NCBI GenBank assembly: GCA_963827685.1
Contig: CAWHBU010000007.1
Location: forward strand, 177,129-241,128
Source: an uncultured delta proteobacterium
Lineage (GTDB): Bacteria > Desulfobacterota > BSN033 > UBA1163
DNA length: 64,000 nt
Direction of reading: 5' to 3'
Shown: one piece after another, positions 49,967-59,781 of the stretch
Layout: each line of letters begins with the position of its first letter
Numbering within the stretch: the first letter of the stretch is position 1
The notes under the pieces: generated by a model
What the model was told of the DNA's origin: nothing
The model's input: only the letters and a program-made list of their open reading frames with translations
Databases searched by the model: none
Translations under genes and position numbers: made by a program

Positions 49967-50863
49967 ATGGATATTAATCGATATTTACAAGAAAAGAAGG
50001 AATTGGTGGATTCGGCTTTGGAGAGATATCTCCCGAGAAAAGAAGAATTCACATTGAATCTTCACAAGGCGATGCAGCACAGTCTCTTTGCTGGAGGGAA
50101 ACGGATTCGCCCCATTTTATCCATTGCTTCCTTTGAGGCGGTGGGAGGAGAGGGAGAGAGGATCCTTCCCTTTGCCTGTGCCCTGGAGATGATCCACACC
50201 TACTCTCTCATCCACGATGATCTCCCAGCCATCGATAATGACGACTATCGCCGGGGAAAACCCACTTGTCACAAAGTATTTGGAGAGGCGACCGCCATCT
50301 TGGCAGGCGATGGCCTCCTCACAGAAGCCTTCAGACTGATGACAAATCAGCCTGCAAAGGATCTCTCCTCAAGTGACGGAGGGTTGGTCCTCGATCTGAT
50401 CAACGAGGTAGCTCGGGCGGCAGGGGTATCAGGGATGGTGGGCGGCCAGGTGGTGGACGTTGAATCAGAAGGAAAAGCAGTGGATCTCCCCACGGTCCAA
50501 TATATTCATACCCATAAGACAGGAGCGATGATCTTAGCCGCGGTTCGGGTGGGAGCCAAATTGGGGGCTGCAAAAGGGGAAATCCTCAAGGCACTGACCC
50601 GCTACGGGGAGAACCTCGGGTTGGCCTTTCAGATCGCCGACAATATTTTGAATGTCGAAGGAGAGGCTGCTTTAATGGGCAAAAAAACAGGAAGCGATCT
50701 TTCAAAGGGGAAGGCCACTTATCCTTCCGTGTTGGGAGTTGAGGAGTCGAAGAAAAGGGCAAGAGAATTGGTGCGCCTGGCGGTCGACGCTTTAAAGCCA
50801 TTGGGGCCGGAAGCCGATCCGCTCAGGGAGATTGCTCGTTTCGTTATTGCGAGAGAATATTGA
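49967..50863 (+). CDS. ispA: Trans-prenyl diphosphate synthase (IspA-like) with altered second Asp-rich motif
   Basis: GGKRIRP, HDDLPAIDNDDYRRG, GGQVVD, HKTG; second motif reads FQIADNILN. Confidence 0.85.
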   Translation: MDINRYLQEKKELVDSALERYLPRKEEFTLNLHKAMQHSLFAGGKRIRPILSIASFEAVGGEGERILPFACALEMIHTYSLIHDDLPAIDNDDYRRGKPTCHKVFGEATAILAGDGLLTEAFRLMTNQPAKDLSSSDGGLVLDLINEVARAAGVSGMVGGQVVDVESEGKAVDLPTVQYIHTHKTGAMILAAVRVGAKLGAAKGEILKALTRYGENLGLAFQIADNILNVEGEAALMGKKTGSDLSKGKATYPSVLGVEESKKRARELVRLAVDALKPLGPEADPLREIARFVIAREY

Positions 50864-50912
50864 TGGATGGACAGGGTGTCAGATCAGTTTTGATCAAATG
50901 ACTCCATAGGGA

Positions 50913-52049
50913 TTAGAACTTCTTGTGCCTCGCGTAGAATCTCCCTTTCCAAGGTGATCCTGCTCCAACCCAAAACCGAATTGCCGACGACCAGGTCATG
51001 GCAAGATAGAGAGTAGCGATTAATGGCAGAACCAAGGCCCACCCTCTGGACTGCTTATAGAACTTCAGGGTTGGCAGATAGCTCAGGATTAATGCTCCAA
51101 AGGCACAAGCGGAAATGATCTTTGCACTGGCAACCGGAAAGAACAATCCCGCAACCGGTAACCAGAATACCAGCAGCATGATAGTTGTTGTGCCAATTAG
51201 TAACATCGCCGAGTAACGAAGCTGGCAAAAAGCCGTCCGCGCCACCATGTTCCAAATACCCGCCAACTTGTCATAAGATCGCAGGCTGTGAACCGAATGA
51301 GTCAAACCAATCCAGGTTCTGTAGCCGAGCGACTTGACTCGCCTCGCCAAGGCACAATCATCGATCAACTCTTTGCGGATAGTCTTGAAACCACCGATTT
51401 CCTTGATCAGCCGGGTTTCCAATAAAATACATCCGCCGGCCGCCGCGGCGACACGAGTGAAACTGGAATTGGAGAGACGAAAAGGATAGAGCATCTTAAA
51501 GAAGTAGACAAAGGCCGGCATGAGCAATCGTTCCCAGAAGTTGACCATGCGCATTTGGGACATTAAGGAAACAAGGTGAAGATGGTTTCCTTTCAATTTC
51601 TGGCGAAGCGCCCCGACAATGCCCGGTCGCAGCTCAATATCAGCGTCCAATAAAAGGGTCAAAGGGGTGTTCATATGGCGAAATCCCTGCTCAAGTGCCC
51701 AAAGCTTTCCGCTCCAATCCGCTGGTGGTGATTCACCGGATATGATCCGCAAATTTTGTACGCCCAAGGTTTGTGCTGCGGTGACCGTCCCGTCCGTGGA
51801 TCGGTCGTCCACCACGACGACTGCAAGATCATTCCCCTGAGACTTCAAGCTTGACAAGGTCGTCCCGATTACTTCGGCTTCATTTCGCGCCGGGATGAGC
51901 ACGGTAATATCACTCAAATCAGCGTCCGGAGAAGTCGAGGCAGAATCGATAACCTCACGGGTATCCCACGGACGCCAAGGGAGAAGCATGATCGCTAACC
52001 AAATGAAAGCCCCGATCGCAGCAAGGTAGTTCCAGCACATGAATATCAC
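50913..52049 (-). CDS. hpnB: Hopene-associated glycosyltransferase
   Basis: IPARNEA, VVDDRSTDGT, WSGKLWAL, DADI, AAAAGGCIL, LIDDCALA, MVARTAF.QL. Confidence 0.88.
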   Translation of the reverse strand: MIFMCWNYLAAIGAFIWLAIMLLPWRPWDTREVIDSASTSPDADLSDITVLIPARNEAEVIGTTLSSLKSQGNDLAVVVVDDRSTDGTVTAAQTLGVQNLRIISGESPPADWSGKLWALEQGFRHMNTPLTLLLDADIELRPGIVGALRQKLKGNHLHLVSLMSQMRMVNFWERLLMPAFVYFFKMLYPFRLSNSSFTRVAAAAGGCILLETRLIKEIGGFKTIRKELIDDCALARRVKSLGYRTWIGLTHSVHSLRSYDKLAGIWNMVARTAFCQLRYSAMLLIGTTTIMLLVFWLPVAGLFFPVASAKIISACAFGALILSYLPTLKFYKQSRGWALVLPLIATLYLAMTWSSAIRFWVGAGSPWKGRFYARHKKF

Positions 52050-52054
52050 CCGGC

Positions 52055-52083
52055 AAAAAAGAAGCCCCTTTCCTCAAAGGGGC
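52055..52083 (-). terminator. Intrinsic terminator after tRNA-Leu
   Basis: GCCCCTTT-GAGG-AAAGGGGC then TTCTTTTTT on the minus strand. Confidence 0.8.
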
Positions 52084-52107
52084 CAAATTCAAATATTCTT
52101 GATTCTA

Positions 52108-52196
52108 TGGTGCCCAGGGCCGGACTTGAACCGGCACGGTGGGGGACCACCGAGGGATTTTAAGTCCCTTGCGTCTACCAATTCCGCCACCCAGGC
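52108..52196 (-). tRNA. tRNA-Leu(TAA)
   Basis: GCCTGGGTGGCGGAATTGGTAGACGC, anticodon arm AGGGA-CTTAAAA-TCCCT, long variable arm, GGTTCAAGTCC, CCA end. Confidence 0.95.
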
Positions 52197-52409
52197 ATTA
52201 TTCTATGTCGTCGGGTCACCAGTGAGTCGCTCGTCGTAAAACAAAAATATAGCTTTTGTTTCACTTTGTCAACTCCATTGGACTAGAAATGTCATCATCT
52301 TGACAAAAAAGGTCTGCTCCTCTATATAAATATATTAACTGATCGTCGAAATAGAGTGGGAAAGACCCAGGCAAATGCCTTGGGGGAGAACCAGAGCGGA
52401 AGGAATAAA

Positions 52410-53417
52410 ATGAAACTGCCTAAGTTCGAGTTTATCCAACCGCACTCACTACAAGAGGTTTGCTCCATCCTTGGAGAGCATGACAGCAAGGCAGTCCTCT
52501 TGGCTGGCGGCACTGCCCTCATGGTTGGCCTTCGCTACAGACTCAGCAAACCCGCCGTTGTGATTGGCCTGAAGGGATTGAAGGCGCTGGATTACGTGCG
52601 CCGAAACGGGAGCGGCGGACTTACCATCGGTTCTATGGTCACCTTGGAGACCCTCGAGAAATCCCCCCTTGTCTTAAACGAGTACGCTCCCCTGGCTCAG
52701 GCCGCCCAACTTGTGGGTATTCCTTCTATCCGCCATGGGGCCACCATTGGAGGAAACCTCTGTCTTGACACCCGGTGCATCTACTACAACCAGTCCGAGT
52801 TCTGGAGAAGCGGGCTAAAGGCTTGTTTCAAGCTGGGAGGAGACGTCTGCAACGCAGTCGAGAAAGGCCGGCGTTGCCAGGCGGTTTACCAGGGTGATCT
52901 TGGTCCAGTTCTGATAGCGCTGGGAGCTGAGGTGAAAATCACCTCGGCGAACGGTGAAAAGATAATTCCCTCAGCCGAGTTCTTCACCGGGAGAGGGGAG
53001 AAGCCCAATGTTCTGAAGCCCGACGAAATACTGGTAGAAGTCCGGATCCCAACTCCTGGCCACGGGGCTGCCGGGGCTTACGAGAAACTCCGTGTGCGCG
53101 AAGGCATGGATTTTCCTATGGCCGGAGTAGCCGTTATGGTGAAGAGGAACCGGAGCGGCACCATCGAACAGGCCAAAATAGTACTGGGAGCGGTCGGGCC
53201 TTCCCCAACAGAGGTGCCCAAGGCCGCGGGACTTCTGGAGGGCCACAAGCCTACAGGGGATCTACTTCAGAGCGTGTCCCGAGAAGCGGTGGATAGGGCG
53301 CAGCCGGTAGGAAACCTGGCTATGGATGCCGGCTATCGCAGGAAGATGGTGGGAGTGCTTGTAAAGCGGGCACTGCTCCGAGCACTGGCGATGGCCCCGG
53401 AGGTCAGGTCTCAATGA
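52410..53417 (+). CDS. XDH-family FAD subunit with [4Fe-4S] insert (HcrB-like)
   Basis: LAGGT, ATIGGNLC, DTRCIYYNQSEFWR..CFKLGGDVC....C. Confidence 0.88.
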   Translation: MKLPKFEFIQPHSLQEVCSILGEHDSKAVLLAGGTALMVGLRYRLSKPAVVIGLKGLKALDYVRRNGSGGLTIGSMVTLETLEKSPLVLNEYAPLAQAAQLVGIPSIRHGATIGGNLCLDTRCIYYNQSEFWRSGLKACFKLGGDVCNAVEKGRRCQAVYQGDLGPVLIALGAEVKITSANGEKIIPSAEFFTGRGEKPNVLKPDEILVEVRIPTPGHGAAGAYEKLRVREGMDFPMAGVAVMVKRNRSGTIEQAKIVLGAVGPSPTEVPKAAGLLEGHKPTGDLLQSVSREAVDRAQPVGNLAMDAGYRRKMVGVLVKRALLRALAMAPEVRSQ

Positions 53418-53709
53418 ATCTTCGTAACCCCTCACTGAAGCGTGGGAAATCTGACGATCCAGCAGGAATGCCTCCGAAAATCTTATCAAGCGGACGGATT
53501 ATATCTTTGCGGGTAGGGGTAACACTCTCCAGCGACAGCAGAGTACTTGGAGTGTTGGGGGCATTCATTTCGTTCAGAGACAAGCTGCGGTTACCGCTAT
53601 AAGATTTTCTCCGACACCCCTGCCGGATCTCAGCAAATCCACGGGAGAGTGAGGTATTACGAATCCTCGAGTATTGGAGTCGACATCCTATCCGGCATAA
53701 AGGAGAACC

Positions 53710-56481
53710 ATGGGAAGGATTCTCGTTTCACTAAATATAAATGGGCGAGTTGAAAGGCTTGAAATCGCTCCTCACAGCACCCTTTTGGAGGTCATCCGCG
53801 ATGATCTCCAACTTACCGGGACGAAGTGCGGTTGCGAGGATGGAACTTGCGGTACATGCACGATCTTGCTGAATGGGGCACCCGTGCGTTCCTGTTTACT
53901 TCTCGCGGCGGAAGTTGAGGGGCAAGAGATTGTCACCATAGAAGGATTGTCCGACGGAGAGAAGCTGCACCCGGTACAGGAGGCATTCGTCAAATACGGT
54001 GGCATTCAATGTGGGTTCTGCAGCCCGGGCATGATCCTTTCGGCCAAGGCGCTGTTGGACAAGAATCCTTCTCCCACGGAGTGGGAAATTCGGCAGGCTA
54101 TCTCTGGCAATCTGTGCCGGTGCACTGGCTATACCAAGATCGTCGAATCCGTGATGGCCCTCTCCGGTCAGCGAGCCTCATCATTGCAAAAGGAAGGTGT
54201 CATTTCAGACTATTCCGTAGTAGGTAAGCGAACGTCTCGAACCGACTCTGTCCCCAAAGCGAAGGGTGAAACCAAGTTCTCCGCCGATCTGTATTTACCA
54301 GGCATGCTTTATGCTAAAGTGCTCCGCAGCCCCTACGCCCACGCCAGGATACTGAACATCGACACCAGTCGAGCCGAGAAGCTTCCTGGAGTGAGGGCGA
54401 TCATCACCGGCAAGGACGCCATACCCTACCGATGGGGCGTATTTGCGTACACCCGGGATATGCAGTTCCTTCCTACGGACAAGGCCCGCTTCTTTGGCCA
54501 GGAGGTTGCTGCTGTGGCTGCCATCACCGAAGAAACGGCGCAAGAGGCCGTGGATCTGATCAAGGTGGAGTGGGAGCCTCTGCCGCATGTTCTCGACCCC
54601 GAACAGGCCTTGCTGGAGGGTGCTCCTCAGCTTCATGATGACAAACCCGGCAACGTCAGCGTGCGCATTTTCGTAAACGAAGGGAATGTTGACCGGGCTC
54701 TTGCCGAGTCTTATCTCGTGCAGGAGGGCCATTTTTCATCTCCAGAAGAGAGCTATTGCCAGTTAGAGAATTACGCCGTCGTGGCCAGCTTTGACAGCAC
54801 CGGGCTGGACATATGGTGTCCCAACGCGGGCCCCCATATGAAGGCGAGACCACTCAGCAACGCCCTGGGCATGGCGACCTCAGACGTCCGTGTCCGTAAG
54901 ATCGCCGTCGGTGGACATTTCGGCGGCAGGTCCGAGGTTTCACCTGCGGATTTTATGGCCGCGCTCCTCTCGAGGAAAGCCCGCCGTCCCGTTAAACTGG
55001 CCTACACCCGTGAGGAGAACTTCAACTGCGTACGGCAGGTGCACAGCAGTATTACGCACTCCAAAGTGGGAGTCGACGCCGAGGGAAGAATTACCGCCGT
55101 CGATATGAAGGTCATCATGGACGGTGGAGCTTATGCCAGCACCGGCCCGATCGCTGCCTCGGTCGCCTACATTATGATTGAAGAGGCCTACAAATTCGCC
55201 AATCTGCGCTATGAGGCCATCCGGGCCTATACCAACAAACCCCCTCGCGGAATGTACCCGCATCACCCCCGCACGACCTATGCTGGATTGGAGCTGCAGC
55301 TCGATGCCCTTGCCGAGAAACTCGGAATGGACCCCCTCGAATTCAGGATCAAGAACGCCGTCCACGAGGGCTACGTTACTCCTACCAGGACGGTGATCAC
55401 CTCCTGTGCCGAAGTTGAAACCATGCGCATGGCCACGGAGAAGGCTGGCTGGAAAGAGAAACGAGGCCATTTAGCGCCTTATCATGGCATAGGCATGGGC
55501 TGCGGCGCGATGATCAGCGGATTTCCGATGGGCATCCGCGGAGGATCCGCAGCCTTTGTACGGTTCAATGAGGATGGCGACGTCACAGTGATTTCTGGAG
55601 TGATGGATAACGGACAAGGCAACGACAGTATGATTGCTCAAATCGCTGCCGAGGAGCTGGGAATCCCGCTGGACCGAATCAAAGTCGTTACTGGGGATAC
55701 CAGTGTGACTCCGTCTGATCAAGGAGCTTACTCCCAAGCTTCCACACTGATTTCCGGCGGCGCAGTCAAAGCCGCGGCCGCCGACGCCAAGGAACAGCTC
55801 TTGGAGGTCGCTGCCCAAATGCTGGAGACCAAAAAAGATGACCTGGTAGGGCGTGATGGCCGCATTTTCATCAGGGGAGTACCGGAGAGATCTGTCGATA
55901 TCGCTAAAGTGGCGAGGACCGCTCTGGCGCAGAATCGTGCGATCTTAGGGCGTGGCGACCGTTGGCCCGACGCCGATCCCAAGCGGGACTGGATCAAAAA
56001 CCCCCGTGGGCAGGTAGCCTCCGCATTTTCCTTTGGCACGGCAGTGGCCGAGGTGGAGGTGGATCCAGAAACAGGCAAAGTGAAGCTACTCAACATGGTT
56101 GCGGCCCATGACTGCGGCTATCCTATCAACCCTCTGGCTGTTGAACAACAGATCCAACGCTCCGCAATGGAGGCGGGTCCACAGGGTGTGCTCATGGAGA
56201 AACATATATGGACCAGCAGAGGGCAGAACCTTAATGCCAACTTTGCCGACTACTGGTTCCCGCTCTCCACAGATGTGCCCAACATCGACCCTATCGTCGT
56301 GACCTCCAACGATCCCTTTGGGCCGTTTGGCGCCAAAGAGGGAGGCTTGTCCATTTCCGTTGCCATGATCGGAGCTGTTGCCAATGCCGTGCAGAATGCC
56401 ATCGGCGTTATGCCCAAGGAGCTTCCTGTTACACCCGAAGTGGTGCTGCACATGTTGGAGGAGAAGAAGTCTATCAAATGA
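53710..56481 (+). CDS. XDH-family fused 2x[2Fe-2S] + molybdopterin subunit (HcrC-HcrA-like)
   Basis: CEDGTCGTC, QCGFC, CRCTGY followed by LRSPYAHA, GGHFGGR, GQG, AHDCG..INP, GPFGAK. Confidence 0.9.
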   Translation: MGRILVSLNINGRVERLEIAPHSTLLEVIRDDLQLTGTKCGCEDGTCGTCTILLNGAPVRSCLLLAAEVEGQEIVTIEGLSDGEKLHPVQEAFVKYGGIQCGFCSPGMILSAKALLDKNPSPTEWEIRQAISGNLCRCTGYTKIVESVMALSGQRASSLQKEGVISDYSVVGKRTSRTDSVPKAKGETKFSADLYLPGMLYAKVLRSPYAHARILNIDTSRAEKLPGVRAIITGKDAIPYRWGVFAYTRDMQFLPTDKARFFGQEVAAVAAITEETAQEAVDLIKVEWEPLPHVLDPEQALLEGAPQLHDDKPGNVSVRIFVNEGNVDRALAESYLVQEGHFSSPEESYCQLENYAVVASFDSTGLDIWCPNAGPHMKARPLSNALGMATSDVRVRKIAVGGHFGGRSEVSPADFMAALLSRKARRPVKLAYTREENFNCVRQVHSSITHSKVGVDAEGRITAVDMKVIMDGGAYASTGPIAASVAYIMIEEAYKFANLRYEAIRAYTNKPPRGMYPHHPRTTYAGLELQLDALAEKLGMDPLEFRIKNAVHEGYVTPTRTVITSCAEVETMRMATEKAGWKEKRGHLAPYHGIGMGCGAMISGFPMGIRGGSAAFVRFNEDGDVTVISGVMDNGQGNDSMIAQIAAEELGIPLDRIKVVTGDTSVTPSDQGAYSQASTLISGGAVKAAAADAKEQLLEVAAQMLETKKDDLVGRDGRIFIRGVPERSVDIAKVARTALAQNRAILGRGDRWPDADPKRDWIKNPRGQVASAFSFGTAVAEVEVDPETGKVKLLNMVAAHDCGYPINPLAVEQQIQRSAMEAGPQGVLMEKHIWTSRGQNLNANFADYWFPLSTDVPNIDPIVVTSNDPFGPFGAKEGGLSISVAMIGAVANAVQNAIGVMPKELPVTPEVVLHMLEEKKSIK

Positions 56482-56628
56482 AAGTTCGCAGGCCTTTTCT
56501 ATAATAAGTGACATTGGAGACTCTTCTCTGATATACCATTCCTGGGTAAAATCCTTGACCTCTCCTTTTGCAAAATCCCGTAGCGCCCTTCTCATATCCT
56601 TTGGCTCATCGCTGAGTTGAAAATCCAT
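56482..56628 (-). pseudogene. N-terminal remnant of an acyl-CoA dehydrogenase
   Basis: MDFQLSDEPKDMRRALRDFAKGE...IIEKACEL, typical ACAD N-terminus, runs into the Mo gene end. Confidence 0.6.
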
Positions 56629-56713
56629 CTTTATTGAAGATAGTTCTTTGAAGCTCCGGGCTCCTTCTTGACATACAACTCCATTTTCCGTATATTTGAC
56701 TTGCCCTCGCTAA

Positions 56714-56729
56714 CTGTATACTGTATACG
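56714..56729. promoter_or_regulatory. Palindromic operator-like site
   Basis: CTGTATAC-T-GTATACG downstream of a TTGACT hexamer, ~80 bp before the operon; GntR-type-like. Confidence 0.5.
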
Positions 56730-56807
56730 GTCGAAAAGTACGGGACGGAGGCATGAAGCTTCTCGCTGGAGTTCTTACCCAAAGAAATTATAACCCTTAA
56801 GGAGGAA

Positions 56808-57956
56808 ATGAGAATGCAGGCATTAGTATTAGGCGGAACGGGGGGTATGGGTCAGGGAGTCGCCCGGGACCTCATTAAGCAGGAGCAGATTAAGAAAGTC
56901 ATTTTAGGTGACATCAATACAGACCCAGGTAGAGTGCAAGATAAGTTGCGCGCCAGTGGAAAGGTATCACTCAGTAAAATCGATGTGAACGATCACAACG
57001 GCTTGGTCAGAGTAATCAGGGATGCTGACGTTGTCATCAACTGCGCAGGACCATTCTACAAGACGGCTGTGGCAGTAGCCAGGGCAGCTGTTGAAGCGAA
57101 GGTCAATTATATAGATATTTGCGATGACTATGAGGCGACTGACATTCTTTTTGCTTCTGATATTGATCGCGCTGCCAAAGAAGCAGGAATAACCGTCTTA
57201 ACAGGAATGGGATCTGATCCGGGAACAAACAACGTAATAGTCAAGTGGTATGCAAATCAACTGGATCGTGTTGACGAGATCGCCTTATTCTGGGTAGTGA
57301 GTATCGCCGAACTCGCGGGTGCAGCCTGGGATCATAGCCTCCATATGACTTTAGGTAAAATCCCCCAATACTTGGATGGTAAGCTTGAATATGTAGATGG
57401 TGGTACTGGCGAGGAGACGGCTGAATTCCTTGAACCCCTTGGCACCTGTCAGGTTCGCTATGTGGGTCATCCACAGCCGCTCACAATACCACGGTATATA
57501 AAAGGGGTGAGAAGGGTGGTTATCAAAGGCGCGCTCATACCGTCATGGGTAGACCAGCTCATTAGAGAGCAGAGAGAGACAGGTTTTCTCAGTAAGGAGC
57601 CGGTAGAGGTGAACGGGACTAAAGTAACACCCTATGATCTGACTTTGCAGCTTTGGGGTGCCATTCCCAATAATAGAGATAAGGGACCCTTCGCTTCCGG
57701 CTTGAAAGTGATCGTAAAGGGGGAGAGAAAAGGGAAACAGGTGACATTCACTGCCGACATAGTGGGCAGGATGGCACCCGGAACAGGACTTCCCGCCTCT
57801 ATCGCAGCCCTAATGCTGGATGCTGGCGATGTTACGGTGAAGGGAGTGGTAGCCCCGGAAGGGTGCATCGATCCGGGAAAATTCCTTGCAGCATTACGAG
57901 AAAGGGGCGCCAAAATACATCAAACGGAAACGATAAAGTCTATGCTCGGACTTTAG
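56808..57956 (+). CDS. Saccharopine dehydrogenase-like NAD(P) oxidoreductase
   Basis: LGGTGGMG, VINCAGPFY, YIDICDD, GMGSDPG, GHPQP, GVVAPE. Confidence 0.85.
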   Translation: MRMQALVLGGTGGMGQGVARDLIKQEQIKKVILGDINTDPGRVQDKLRASGKVSLSKIDVNDHNGLVRVIRDADVVINCAGPFYKTAVAVARAAVEAKVNYIDICDDYEATDILFASDIDRAAKEAGITVLTGMGSDPGTNNVIVKWYANQLDRVDEIALFWVVSIAELAGAAWDHSLHMTLGKIPQYLDGKLEYVDGGTGEETAEFLEPLGTCQVRYVGHPQPLTIPRYIKGVRRVVIKGALIPSWVDQLIREQRETGFLSKEPVEVNGTKVTPYDLTLQLWGAIPNNRDKGPFASGLKVIVKGERKGKQVTFTADIVGRMAPGTGLPASIAALMLDAGDVTVKGVVAPEGCIDPGKFLAALRERGAKIHQTETIKSMLGL

Positions 57957-57988
57957 CCTGGACCAGACATGTCAAAGGGAGAATCTCT

Positions 57989-59248
57989 ATGAAAAACATT
58001 GATAAACTAAACAATGCGAGAAGTCTGGAACTTTTTGAAGAGGCAAAGAAATTTGTTCCCGGCGGAGTCCTGGGTGCCAGAAAACCCAGCGATTTTATCG
58101 AAGGAGAATATCCCATCTTTCTTGAATATGGAAAGGGCAGCAGATTAACCGACGTTGATGGAAATGAATATATCGACTTCCTCTGTGGCTATGGGCCGAT
58201 TATCCTGGGCTATAGAGAAGAAGAAGTTGATGAAGCTGTGATTAAGCAAATAAGAGACAAAGGTTTCTGCTTCACACTCACACAGAGGTATCAGAATCAG
58301 CTGGCGAAAAAACTCAGCGAACTCGTCCCCTGTTCAGAAATGAGCATTTTTTTAAAGACCGGTTCCGATGCCACGACGGCGAGCATTCGTATTGCGAGGG
58401 CATACACAAACCGGATCAGGGTTATGCGGTGCGGCTACCACGGCTGGCATGACTGGTGTGTTGAGATGAAAGGGGGCATTCCTGAAAAGTTCTACGAGGA
58501 TGTACATGAATTCCGTTACAACAATCTCAATCAGCTCGAGGACTTGATGGCAAGATATGGCGATCAGACAGCTGCCATCATTATGACTCCTTTTGGGCAT
58601 CACCTCCATCAAAGGATGGAAGAACCCAAACCCGGGTTCCTTGAAGGCGTAAGAGAAATCGCTACCAAGTATGGCGCAGTGTTGGTCTTTGATGAAGTCC
58701 GAACCTGTTTCAGGCTCAGAATGGGTGGAGCGCAAGAACTTTATGGAGTTACCCCCGATTTGACGGTCCTTGGAAAAGGAATGGCCAACGGATATGCCAT
58801 AAGTGTCGTTACCGGAAAAGCTGAAGTGATGATGGCTGCAGCACAGAAGCTTTTTATATCTTCTACTTTCTTCCCAAACAGTGACGGTTATATTGCCGCT
58901 CTGAAAACAATTGAAATTCTGGAACGTGACCATGTCCTTGACAAAATATGGGAAAAAGGCGGCCGTTTTCTGAAAAAAGTCCAGGGCGTCATTAACAAGT
59001 ATGACGTCGGAGCCGAGTTAAGCGGTGTTGCACCCATGTTTTTCATCACCTTCAAGAGGGATGAAGCGAATACCCAAAAAGCCAGACGCGATGATTTTTA
59101 CACTCAGCTTATCCGCAGAGGCATCTTTTTAACCCCACACCATCATGGATATATTTGCTACAGACACACGGAACAAGATCTGGACAGTACGGCTAAAGCC
59201 ATCGATGAAGCTCTGGCCTATGTAAATGAAAAACATCAAACAAAATAA
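57989..59248 (+). CDS. Class III aminotransferase, 3-aminobutyryl-CoA aminotransferase (Kat)-like
   Basis: GEYPIF, YIDFLCGYGP, KTGSDATT, GYHGWHDWCVE, FDEVR, GKGMANG, SSTFFPNSDG, HHGYICYRH. Confidence 0.82.
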   Translation: MKNIDKLNNARSLELFEEAKKFVPGGVLGARKPSDFIEGEYPIFLEYGKGSRLTDVDGNEYIDFLCGYGPIILGYREEEVDEAVIKQIRDKGFCFTLTQRYQNQLAKKLSELVPCSEMSIFLKTGSDATTASIRIARAYTNRIRVMRCGYHGWHDWCVEMKGGIPEKFYEDVHEFRYNNLNQLEDLMARYGDQTAAIIMTPFGHHLHQRMEEPKPGFLEGVREIATKYGAVLVFDEVRTCFRLRMGGAQELYGVTPDLTVLGKGMANGYAISVVTGKAEVMMAAAQKLFISSTFFPNSDGYIAALKTIEILERDHVLDKIWEKGGRFLKKVQGVINKYDVGAELSGVAPMFFITFKRDEANTQKARRDDFYTQLIRRGIFLTPHHHGYICYRHTEQDLDSTAKAIDEALAYVNEKHQTK

Positions 59249-59277
59249 CCTTAAATTTTAAAGATAAAAAATGAAGA

Positions 59278-59305
59278 ATGGCCCTTCTTTCCGAGGGAGG
59301 GCCAT
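59278..59305 (+). terminator. Hairpin after aminotransferase
   Basis: ATGGCCCTTCT-TTCCG-AGGGAGGGCCAT; no T-tract. Confidence 0.45.
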
Positions 59306-59556
59306 CACCAGTAGCATCAAAAAGGAGAGGCTTATGGTACCGCATGTAGATGTTTTCAAATGTCCGGGTTTGGGACATGTATTCGGGAAAGTCCAGAGCA
59401 TATTATTGGTTTAGCGAACAATAAGGGAGCGATTTTGACCGATCTCTGTGCGGAATGCGGAATCTGAACCTTTGCCTGTCCCTTCGTCTCCGTTATAAAT
59501 GAACTTCCCAATGGTGGCTATGAGACCTGTAATATCATGCATTTCTCAAAGAGATA

Positions 59557-59781
59557 ATGGTTAAGAACCCAGGAGTTCACGTGGACATCTGCCAAGAAAG
59601 AAGTTCGGCCGAAGGAGTTGAAAAAAATATCCATGAAAAGATGAAGACGAAAGGTTACCCGTTCATTGGTAGATTGAGACCTTTTAGGGGTTGTAAATTT
59701 GCCTTCGTTCATCCTGAAAATGTGAACGGGGTTCTTCTCGAACTTTTCGACTATCCTTGGAACGAATTCAAGAAAAAATGA
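59557..59781 (+). pseudogene. C-terminal remnant of VOC/methylmalonyl-CoA epimerase-like gene
   Basis: KFAFVHPENVNGVLLEL motif without an intact N-terminus. Confidence 0.55.

Noticed and set aside
52108-52135. tRNA-Leu 3'-end duplication (att site) inside the window
   Set aside because: No second copy or integrase seen, so an integrated island cannot be supported from this window
53414-53753. Small ORFs between the FAD and Mo subunit genes
   Set aside because: No RBS or recognisable motif; treated as intergenic
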